64,000 bases of DNA from Chiloscyllium plagiosum (taxonomy: Eukaryota), in NCBI RefSeq assembly GCF_004010195.1, contig NC_057758.1:6396842-6460841 (forward strand). The letters are read 5' to 3'. Shown here piece by piece: positions 50,851-61,889 of the stretch (within the stretch, counting starts at the first letter, position 1; every line of letters starts with the position of its first letter). Both the position numbers and the translations under genes were made by a program. The notes under the pieces are model-generated. The model was not told the DNA's origin, searched no databases, and saw nothing but the letters and a program-made list of their open reading frames with translations.

Positions 50851-52109
50851 TATCTTTATATTCACTGTCTTTTACTGGTCATATATTGACGACATCAATC
50901 AGGTCACCGCTTCACCTTCTCAATTCCAGAAAATACAGGTCTCCTCAAAAGGTAACCCACGAAGTCCATGCATCATTCATGTAAACCCATATTTTATTTG
51001 ATCAAAGGCGAATTAAACCTTTGTAAGATCTGTTTCTCAGATCTGCTCACAGTAGAGAAATGGGGTGTAAACAGGGTTTTGTGAAATCGTAGCACAGCTT
51101 CTATGCCGTCATACTCCATTCCCTCAAGTTGAACACAATATTCTTTCAATAGCCTTGAACATTTTCTGCAAAATGTCGACTTCCAATCATGTTTACTTCC
51201 ATTCACTCCTTTCCACAATCTGTGGTATCGATCTCCTACCCGTGCTGAGCAAGCGAGTGACTGCTCCATTTGTAAAATATCAGATGGATTATTTGATAAT
51301 GGGAACAAACAAAACGTGCCAAGCTTTCTCCAGAGGCCAGGCTTAAGTTCTTGAGGGATATAGATTGGAATGGCATTGAGGCAGATGGAGTAGTTTGAAC
51401 TGAGTAACATTCTCGAAGGAGTTATTGGCGCATGGAGATCAACTGACGATCATTGTGGAAATCTTCAATGATTCCCCGAATACCCATGAATAAGTATATA
51501 TCTATTACCATGTGACTCCGACCGAAACATTGTGGTAACTACGGCACCTACACTGTCTCCACAAGTGATGCCTGACCAACGGCACTGTGGGTACTACTGA
51601 CCTGCTGTGGACTTATTTTCGAATCCACACCCAGTTTACAATGGACTGCTCTGTCTTTGCTTGTGACTCTAGAAACAAGCACTGACTGTACCACAGATCT
51701 GCTCTGCATCTCCATGTGAGTGCACGTTTGCAACCCTCTGCATACCATTGACCTACTGTATCTCAGTATGTGACACAAAGATGTGCTTCCAAAAGATCTG
51801 TTCTGTCTCTGTATATGACCTGAGATGCACAGCACTCTGGTTACAACCGATGTGCTCTGTCTCCATGTCTGCCTCAAGGTAGACTGCATTATGATTACCA
51901 ATGACATGGTCTGTCTCTACTTTGGAATCCAGATTCACAGCACCTTGGTTACCACTCACCTCTTATTCTCTACACGTGACTGCAATCTACTGCACTCTTC
52001 ATACTACTGGTCTGCACTGTGTCTTACGCCAGACCCACAACATCATAGATTCATGTGCTCCCCACAGTGAGGAGTCCTTGCATCAACAAGTCTAGAATGA
52101 GCATCTGAA

Positions 52110-52390
52110 GAGTAACCGAACAAGACGCATTCCTCTCCCCTATTAATCCACATTTCTATGAACTAATGAACCTAACCAACATATCCCTGAACACTACGGA
52201 CATCTTAGCATGGCCAGATCACCTAATCGACGCATCTTCAGATTTTGCGAGGAAACGGGAGCAGCTGGAGGAAACCCAGGCAGAGGCGAGGAGAATGTGC
52301 AAACTGCAACGTGAAGTCGCCCAGGGTTGTAATCAAACACTGGTCGCTGGCATTGTGATACGGTAATGCTAACCACTGAGACACCGTGAT
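52110..52390 (-). mobile_element. HE1-like V-SINE (minus strand) inserted in the satellite
   Basis: TTAGCATGGCC..GGAGGAAACCCA.GCAGA..GAGAATGTGCAAACT..GCTAACCACTGAGACACCGTG is the reverse complement of HE1. Confidence 0.85.
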
Positions 52391-53439
52391 CTTTGGATAC
52401 CAGAAAACATTGATAAGAATGTTGCCAAGAATGGTGTTATTGAGCTTTATGGATAGACACTGTGTGTTTACTCTGCAGCATCAGAAAAACAGCACAATAT
52501 TTTTCCATGATCTGCTCTCTCTCTGCATTTGCCTTCAGACCAAAAACACTGTGGTTATCAATTATCTGCTCAGGCTACGTATCTGAATCCAAATTCACAG
52601 CTCTCTGTTTCACACTCATCTACTCTCCCTCTACCTGTGACTCCAGAACACCAGCACTGTAAATATTCTCATCTACACTGTCTCTTCATTCGACTCCAGA
52701 CCCACAAAACAGTAACTACCACTGAACTGCTCTATATAACTCCAGGCCAAGTGCATTGTGGTAACCACAATCTGCTTTATCTCTGCTTACAACTGCAAAC
52801 CCACAGCACTGTGGGCAACACTGATCGTCTCTGTCTCTACATGAGACTCCAGAAGCGCAACAGTGTATATATTATTAACTGGCTGTCTCTCCATGTGACT
52901 CCAGACACACGGGCCTGTGGCTTCCACTGACCTGCTCCCCCTCTACATCCGCTTCCTGACACACAGCACTGTGGTTACCGCTTACCTACTCTGCATCTGC
53001 ATTCGAATCAGACCCACAGCAATGTGTTTAATCCAACCTGCGCTTTGACTACAGACTCACAGTACTGTTATGAATGACCTGCTCTGTAACGACAGGCACA
53101 AAGCACTGGGTGTTCTATTAATCTATTCTGGCTCAATATGTGCCATATGGCCGACGTAATTTCGCTTTGAAATAACCTGCTCTCTATCTGCATTTGACTC
53201 GAAGCACAAAACATGACGATTACCAATGACTTGCTTTGTCTCAACATGTAACTCCAGACTCAAAGCACCGTGGTTGCCATTGACCTATCCTGTCTCTACA
53301 TTTGAGAGCAGGTCCAAAGCACAGTTGTTCCCACTGACCTGATATCTATCTACACGAGACACCAGTCCACAGCACTTACAGTTACCACTGGTCCACGCTG
53401 TTTCTGCACTTGATTCCAGACTTACAACACTGCCCGTAA

Positions 53440-53885
53440 CACAAAGGATTTGGATGAAATTTGCCAAGGTTTGAGGGGTTGAGCTTTAGGGAGAGCCTCA
53501 GCAAGCTGTTGTTTCTATTCCCTGGAGCCGATGGGTGAGCTTATAAAAGTTTACAAAATCATGAGGGGCATGGATAAGTTGCAAAGTTCATACCTTTCCC
53601 CGACAGTAGGGGAGCCCAAAACTGGAGAGCATTTGCTTAAGGGTGAGAGGGAAAATTGTTAAAAGGGGCATGAGGGGCGACTTTTTTCACACAGTACATG
53701 GTGTATGCATGAAATGTCCTGCCAGCGGACGCGATAAACACTGCAACAGTTACAACATTTTAAAAGTATCTGGATGGGCATATGAGCAGGAAATTTTGAG
53801 AGAGATAAGTGTCAAATGGGAAGTAATGGGGTAGTTGGATCAAAGGTCCTGTTTCCCTGCTGCACATGTCTGTGATTCTATGACA
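53440..53885 (+). mobile_element. CR1 3-prime end inserted in the satellite
   Basis: LPRFEGLSFRESL..VYKIMRGMD.. and tail TGTGATTCTATGA. Confidence 0.8.
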
Positions 53886-53949
53886 CTGGACCGGCAGCAT
53901 TGTGAGTACCAGTGATATACTATGGCTCTACATCTGCATGTCAAACTAA

Positions 53950-55020
53950 ATCATTTATATATATCAGAATTCGTAGAGGTCCCAGTAAGAACCTTTGTGG
54001 ACAACCATTAGTCACGGACCTACAGAAAACAAATACCCTTCTACAGTCATCCGCTTCCTTATTTGGAGAACCCAAAAGTTTACCCACGCGGCCACTTCAC
54101 CATGGATCCCATGCATCTTAAGATTCTGCATGAGGAGGTTTCTTTTCAAAACACTTACAAAAATCCATGTAAGGAAAATACTCTGCTCTACCCTTATCGA
54201 TCATCTTTGTGACCTGCTCAAAAAGTCAATTAGGTCAGAAAAACATGACCTGTACTGCACGAACGTATGTTAACTGCCCCTAATCAGGCCATTCTTTTTC
54301 AAATGTATGTAAATCTTATTCCAAAGAATTGTCTCCAAAATCTTCTCAAACACCGATGTGAGACTGACTGACCTAAAGTTTCCTGTATTACCCCTATTTC
54401 CCTTCTTGAATAAAGGAAAAACAATAGCTATTCGCCAGTCGTCCGCGATCTCTTACGTGGTTAGCGATGACACAAAGCTCTTGTTCCAAGCCGCAACAAA
54501 CATTTCTCTTCCCTCTCTCAAATAACTGTGGGAGATACTTTCAAGCCATGGCAACTTATCCATGTTAATGTTTCTCAAGAGATTCAAAACCACATCTTTC
54601 TTGATCTTACTGTGCCCTGGCATATCTGTATACTCCGCACATATTTCAATCTCCACCATGTCCTTATAATGGGTGACTGCCGATGCAAAATATTCATCAG
54701 TATCTTATCCACAACCTCTGCATCCAAGCACAATTTCCCCCCATTATCCCTGTGTGGTCCATTTTCTGCCTCGTCAGCATCGAATATCTTGGAACATCCG
54801 TTTACTCTGCTTGCCGAAGGCATGTCATGGCTCTTTCTTGCTCCTCTAAACCCCTGCTTTAGTACCTTCCTGCCTTCCTTATATTCTTCATCGGCCTTTT
54901 CCAATTTATAAATCCTAAAACCTACGTATGCTTTTTTTTTCCCATTCACTCAATTCAGAATCTCCCTCGTTATCCATGTGTCCCTTACATTGCTTTCCTT
55001 GCTTTCCATTCATCTATTAC
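53950..55020 (-). mobile_element. CR1 ORF2 fragment inserted in the satellite
   Basis: Minus-strand KKKAY..EEYKEGRKVLKQ.FR.A.K.HDM..GPHRDNGGKLC..ILMN. Confidence 0.8.
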
Positions 55021-55949
55021 ACTATTGTTGTCAATGTCTCGGCAAGTAACTTCAGACAGAAGCACTGTGTTTCCCCTGACCTCCTCTGTCTCCAGACGCA
55101 CAGCTCTGTGGTTAACCTGACATACTCTGTCCTGATGACTGTCGACCTCCAGCACTGCGGTTAGTACTCAACTGTTCTACAACTGCATGTGACTCTTGGC
55201 CAACAGCACTGTCGTATTGCCTGATCTGTTTTTACTCGACATGTGCTTATCAGTGTCCTATCTGGCTCTGTACGTAACTTCAGACACAAAACATTGTGTT
55301 AAGCACTGGCCTTGTCTCTTTCTACATGTGACACCAGAACCTCCGTAATGTCCTTGCCACTGACATGCTGTGTCTTTTCATATGAATCCTGGTCAAATGT
55401 ACTGTGGTTTTCATTTACTTATGCTATCTCTGCATTAAATTCCAGCCCCACAGTACCTTGGTTTCTATTCTCTGCTCTGCCTCCAAAGGTGACTCTAGAT
55501 ACACAGCAATCTGGTTATTATTGACCTGCTGTGAGTATACATGTCACTGCAATCCCACAGCACTATTGTTATGACTGACGTGCTCTGGCTCTGCATGCGA
55601 CCTCAGACCCACAGCACAATGATTGCTGTTGATCTGCTATGCCTATACTTGTGATGACAGCACTGCTTTTACCAACACTCTGGTGTGGGTGTATTTATGA
55701 ATCCAGAACCACATTTGCATTCACCTCCTCTGTCTATACTTCGTAACTAAATGATAACAGCAATGCTATAAATACAGACCTACTCATCCCTTCAATTGAA
55801 TCCAAAGACACAGCGCTATGCGTACTACTGACCTGCCCTGTCCCTATATTTAACTCCAGACTCACAACGTAATAATGATCTTGACCTCGTCTGCTGCTGC
55901 ACGTGAAGACAGACCCACTTCATCAGCGTTGTCACTGACCTGCGAATGG

Positions 55950-56700
55950 AATGTTGGCCTTTCTTTCGGATGGAATGTAGCAAATGCCTTCACCAAGCCC
56001 TCAGGCAGCACATTCTATTTTGGACCATCTGCTGCACCTATGAAACTTATGCACTCTGGTCTTAGACACGGCACTCTTGGGAAAGAGATTTTCATAATCT
56101 ATCCGTCTCATAATTTCCCATTCCTCCTCAGTATTCTGGGCTCCAAACAGAACAAATCCAGCCTTCCCAGTCACTCGTCATAACTGAGAACTTCCATACC
56201 AGGTAACATCATGCTGAATCTCGTCTTTTATGTCTGAGGTGGAAGCAGGACTTTCCACCAGTGTGGTGAGCAGAGCTACACTCAGTATTCCCACTATGGT
56301 TGATGCAATGATTTATAGTTTTGTAAGCAGACTTCCTTGCTTCCAATTTGTAATGAATAAGAAGTGAAAACAACACGTATGCCCTTCGTATAACCCTGTC
56401 TCCAGGCGTTCACATCTTCGGAGACCTACTAACTTGCACACTAAGTTTCCATCGTTCCTCAATACGTCCTGGGGGCCTAACATACATTGTGCACATCCGT
56501 ACCCTATTAGACTTCAAAAAATGCATCAGCTCACACTTTTTGGGATTAAATTCTATCTGTCGTAGATCTGCGAATTGAACAAATGAGCATTATCAAACTC
56601 AAAACTGAGATTATCTTCCTCACGATCAACAACACTATGGAATTCGAGTAATTTGCAAACTTATTAATTGTCGATTTACTTTCTCATTCAAGTTGTGAAT
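55950..56700 (-). mobile_element. CR1 RT/3-prime fragment
   Basis: Antisense CR1 signatures (..AATTTGCAAACTTATTAAT is SKFA.. reversed). Confidence 0.65.
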
Positions 56701-56944
56701 GCATAGTCCATATTCAAGAAATAGACATCCATTACTTTAGAGGAAGGAGGTACCCATTTAAAACGTTATGAGTGCTTGGAATTCCCTTTCTCAAAAGGTA
56801 AGGGATGCAAATAGTTTAGATTTTGCTTTCATGCTGACGTCGACATATTGTCGATCATTGACAGGTGAAAATTGCTCAACGATACGTAAGAAAGCATAGT
56901 TGACGTCTAAAAAAATCAGCCACGACGTTTTTGCATAGAAAACC

Positions 56945-57185
56945 AAAGAACTGTGAATGCTGAAAATCAGAAAGAAAAACAGCAATTCCCGGAAAAGTTC
57001 AGCAGGTCTGGCAGCATTTGTGGATCCAAATCAGATTTAAAGTTTCGGGGCGAGCGACCGTTCCACAGAACTGTAGTGCGTTTCCTAGTTCTGAGGAAGG
57101 ATCACTTGAATCGAAAAGGTGACACTGATTTCCCATCACAAATGCTGCCAAATCTGCTGAACTTTGCCAGCTCTTTCAGTTGGTC
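56945..57185. mobile_element. Palindromic Penelope-derived miniature element (second family)
   Basis: Inverted arms AAGTTCAGCAGGTCTGGCAGCATTTGTG / CACAAATGCTGCCAAATCTGCTGAACTT; core CTGAGGA..GAAA at 57091-57116. Confidence 0.7.
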
Positions 57186-57859
57186 ATGATCTCATTGAAT
57201 TGAATTCTCGTAAGCTGGAATTGCTGAGTGGACTGCTCCTGTTCCTATTTGGTATGTTCGGGTGACCACACATAGTACCCCTGGCAGTGTCTCAGACCGA
57301 TAAGTCGCGATTATACATTGGAAGTTTTTATTTGTCTTCTGCCTACTCAGTGATTCGTTCACCTCATGATGTAAGCCATGGTAGATATTTCCCTTCGTGT
57401 TTGATCAGTGTGGTTCAGAAGTGATGCAACTGACGTTCTCCTGCTTGTAGGCCAACATGACGTATGCATTTTGTCTCATTCCCAGTGCAACTCCTAATTT
57501 TCTTTCCAGTCTTTATGGTCGGAGAGTGATGCATTGGAGATGTACAGGCATCCCTCTGTGCGTAAAAGCACTCTTCCCTTCCCCGAAGTGAAGAGTGTAC
57601 AATGAGCCAATGACATTGCCTGCGAGCTTCTATTTGTGTCTGTTGGAGCAGAGAATCCGAGAACCTAGGAGACTATCTTCAAGTCCTTTCAATTTCTATT
57701 TGTGTCCTCTTATTGGACTCAACGGAGCAGTTGTTTTCTACTCGCTCTGCCCGTGCTCCCCAAAAACTTGTTCACATGGAACATGCCTGCCCAATACGGC
57801 CTTTGCTCTGAAGAAAAAAAGTTCTGTTTAAGTCCAGCCTCTCTCCGAAGCTAAAATTC

Positions 57860-59000
57860 TCCAGAGAAAAGTACAACACAGAAACAAACCCTTCCGCCAG
57901 CCTGTCTGTGACGATCAGTGTACTACTCTAATATAATACCATCTACCTTCATATGGTCAAGATCGCTATATAGTTGACATGTTCATGCGTCTGTCTAATT
58001 TCTTGTTAACCTTTGCTATTATATCCAATTTTACCACTTCCCTGGCAGTGTATTCCGGACATCTACCACCCTCTCTGTAAAAACAAACAGTCTCATGCAT
58101 ATTCTTTCAAACATTTTCCCCTGTGCCCGATATGAAGAGACATAGCAAACTTGGGTGTTTTATGCACTTCTTTCAGATCGCCTCTCAGCATCAAAACTCG
58201 AGGAAAAATCATCCAAATTTGTCAAAAGGGTTTTGGTGACACATCATCGCCGATACAAGCAACATTCTGGTAAAACTCTTTCCGAGGCGCTGCAAACTGT
58301 CCAGGTCCGCCCTACAGTGTAGCGACCTGAACTGCAAACGATCTTACAGTTGTGGCCACACCAAAGGCCCACACGGCAGCTAGGCTGCTGCAGTGTGACG
58401 ATAATCAATGCATCTAACCCATTTTCTGACCACTCGCTTCCTCCATGTCACTGGGATATTGATATGAAAGTTGCTGACTTCCACCCGTAATGACTCTGTA
58501 AACAAACCCTCATCGACGATCTTCCTTTGTGCAGCTGTGACATTATCGCTGATTAGCAATGCCAATCCTCCATTTCTTTTCCGCCCCACACACCCAATTC
58601 GTTTTGAAACATCTAAACGCTGGAACATTCAACAACCATTCCTGCCTCTTTGGTATTCAATTATCCGTAATGGCCACGAAATGACAGTTCCAAGTATTGC
58701 TCCAGATTTGGAGTTCTGAACGCTCATTCTTGATGCTTCTTGTATTAAAGTAGACACATTTCAATACATCACACTGACTGCACCTTTACACAATCTAGCG
58801 CCTGTCCCTAGTCACAGACCCTCTGCAAGCTGTATCACTGCCTACTGCAAAATTTGCTCCATGGTGCTGTTTTCAACACTCCTGCTTATCAAGATTTAAC
58901 TCTCCCAAACATCTCCAGCACACCTCCTGTGGTGCACCTCCAGTTCAGGTGCAATACATACTTCTTCTAAACATCACATCTTTTCCAGAATGTATCCAAT
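57860..59000 (-). mobile_element. CR1 fragments (3-prime end 57860-58380; endonuclease 58380-59000)
   Basis: KRNGGLALLISDNVTAAQR..TESLRVEVSN endonuclease remnant. Confidence 0.7.
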
Positions 59001-59827
59001 ATGATACGGAAATTACGGATTTCTGGTAATCGTGTCTACTCTGACATTAAATCATGGCTGATAGGTTTATCATTCCCATTCCCCGGTTTCCCCCATAACC
59101 TTTCATCCCCTCAATAATCAGGAAACCATCTGTCTCAAAATTAAGTACACGCAACGACCTGACTTGCAAAAACGTCTGTGGAAATAAATTCCATAGATTC
59201 ACCAATCTCTGGCTAAATAAATTTCTCCTTACCTCGTGTTTAAATTCCTTTCACACCCAGGCTTTGCTGTCGGGTCTTATTCTCTCCTATCAATGGAAAC
59301 ATCGTCGCAAAATCGACTCTTATATCTTCCAATTTAGTATTCTGTTTCTGCACTGCGGCGAATGTAAACGCAAATCCCCAAATGTCCATCTCTCTGTCAC
59401 CCTTGTGGGTTTCGGGAAAATGACCAGGATTTTGACCCAGTGAAGAAGGTGGTGAAATTTGGACAGAGTCTCTGAAATGCCGAGATAGTGAGATGGGGTA
59501 ATCCTGGGATATTTCAGAGCGTGTGTTTCGATGTTAATTATTTAAAGCAGTCAAGAACGCGACCTTTCGAATTCCGTACTCATAGCAACGGGGACTCTCT
59601 CGTTGTCTTTTTGTTGGTCTATTAGGCTTTCAACAACTCAGCTCCAGGGAGTTCGGACGGACCTTATCCAGAAACGCTCCACACAATATCTGGCCTGCGA
59701 GTCAGGCAGATATTTCATAAGCAAAACCGACGGACAATATGCAGTGGAAACAGAATACGGAATTAAGGACTTCAAATCGATGTGAAGCGAGTCGACAATC
59801 AAACCAGACAGTTGCAGTTAGAGAATA

Positions 59828-60250
59828 TGTGTGTGTGTATGTGTGTGTGTGTGTATGTGTGTGTGTGGAGAAGGAAAGACAGAAAGCTAGCTAGAGTGAG
59901 CAACGAGTGAGAGAGAGTGTGAGATGCACACAAAGTCACAGATACAAGGGAGACAGAGAGAGTGAGAGGCGGAAAGTGAAAGAGATTGATTCATCTTATT
60001 ACACCGAGTAAAGCTGAGACGAGAGAAAGTGAGTGGGGCAATGTGAGCAAGGGTGACAAGCGACAGTGAGAGAGTGAGAGAAAAGTATATACAGAGGCAG
60101 TCAGAATGAGAGTGACAGAAAAAACTGAAGAAAAGATAGAGTGAAGATCAAAGACAGATTGAGCAACATATTGATGAAAGGAAAATGAATGAGAGAAATG
60201 AGGGAGTGAAAGGTAGACAGGCAGTGATATAGAAACAGAGTAAGATAGAG
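59828..60250. repeat. (TG)n followed by GA-rich low complexity; second GA-rich tract at 60930-61373
   Basis: Direct inspection. Confidence 0.85.
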
Positions 60251-61373
60251 CAGCATAGGTTCCCCACTCACTGGCTGAAGACGTTTCTCCTTATCACTAT
60301 TCGTAAAGATCTTCCATTTCCCCTCAAGCTGTGCTTTAATATCCTATTCTCTCGTGCCAATGAACACATCTTCTCAATATCCACTCTGATCAGACTATTC
60401 ACTATTCTGCTTCTACACCATAGGGATTCTAAATATAAAGCTTCGAATTGCCATCTCCCTGTATCCCGTTGAGATTGGGAAAACGAACATCAGTTGAACC
60501 CAGTGAAGGAGGTGATGAGATTTGCACAGAATCTCTGAAATGCTGATGCAGTGTGCCGGTGAAAGCCCGGGATGTATCAGAGAGTCGGTGCACAATTTAC
60601 TGATTTCAAGCGGCCATGGATTCAGCCGGTGGTGATCTTTCATACCAGGAACGAGGGTGTTCTAATCGTCTTGTTGTGGGTCTGTTCGGTCCAGAACTAC
60701 TCAGCTCCAAGGGGTTAGGATGGACTTTGCACAGAGTCGTTCCTCACAATATTCTCGCGTCGAACAGCACCACCCAAGACAAATCGGCAGACATCGCCCG
60801 GTCACTTTAGAGTAAAGAAGGTGAAGCAGCGGATTTTATTCACCGTGTGAGTGAGTAATGTATTTCATAGGAAAAACTGCTGAAAAATATACAAGGGGAG
60901 CAGAATCCGGAATCAGAAACTAAAAATAGTTGTGAAGACAGTAGACAAAGAAACCAGGCAGCTACAACGAGAGAGTGAGAGAGACAGAGACAGAAACGGA
61001 AATTGGGAGCAAGTGAAGTGTGCGTGTGTCAGCTGCAGAGAGGAATGGAGAGAGAGTGAGAGAGGCAGAGAGGACGGATAGTGAAACAGAGAGCGCGACA
61101 GACAGGGAAAGAGTGGCAGAAAATTGGAGAAAGTAAGAAAGGAGAGGGGAAAAGCGATTGGCAGAGAACGTCGCAGATACAAGTGAGGCAGTGGGAGTGA
61201 GAGGCGGCAAGTGACAGACAGTACGACATATTGTTACACGGTAAGTGAGACTGAGACGACACAGAATGAGAGACAATGTATGTAATGATGACAAGAGACT
61301 GAGAGAGGGGAGAGAATGAGGTGTAAATAGAAATCATCCGAGATACAGACGAAGTGAGAATGACAGAAAAAGT

Positions 61374-61873
61374 NNNNNNNNNNNNNNNNNNNNNNNNNNN
61401 NNNNNNNNNNNNNNNNNNNNNNNNNNNNNNNNNNNNNNNNNNNNNNNNNNNNNNNNNNNNNNNNNNNNNNNNNNNNNNNNNNNNNNNNNNNNNNNNNNNN
61501 NNNNNNNNNNNNNNNNNNNNNNNNNNNNNNNNNNNNNNNNNNNNNNNNNNNNNNNNNNNNNNNNNNNNNNNNNNNNNNNNNNNNNNNNNNNNNNNNNNNN
61601 NNNNNNNNNNNNNNNNNNNNNNNNNNNNNNNNNNNNNNNNNNNNNNNNNNNNNNNNNNNNNNNNNNNNNNNNNNNNNNNNNNNNNNNNNNNNNNNNNNNN
61701 NNNNNNNNNNNNNNNNNNNNNNNNNNNNNNNNNNNNNNNNNNNNNNNNNNNNNNNNNNNNNNNNNNNNNNNNNNNNNNNNNNNNNNNNNNNNNNNNNNNN
61801 NNNNNNNNNNNNNNNNNNNNNNNNNNNNNNNNNNNNNNNNNNNNNNNNNNNNNNNNNNNNNNNNNNNNNNNNN
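61374..61873. other. Assembly gap (500 N)
   Basis: Run of N. Confidence 1.
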
Positions 61874-61889
61874 AGGGGAACGCTTCAGA

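Larger units (their letters stand above)
51500..55940. repeat. Degenerate ~54-bp tandem satellite (blocks ~51500-52070, 52450-53435, 55040-55940), interrupted by a SINE and CR1s
   Basis: By-eye consensus CTGACCTGCTCTGTCTCTACATGTGACTCCAGACACACAGCACTGTGGTTACCA; e.g. TGACC recurs at 53281 and 53335. Confidence 0.85.

Noticed and set aside
51500..55940. Repeated CACTGTG (RSS heptamer) or a CRISPR-like array
   Set aside because: I found no nonamer (ACAAAAACC) at 12/23-bp spacing and no V/J segments. Units are contiguous diverged repeats without unique spacers, and the DNA is eukaryotic.
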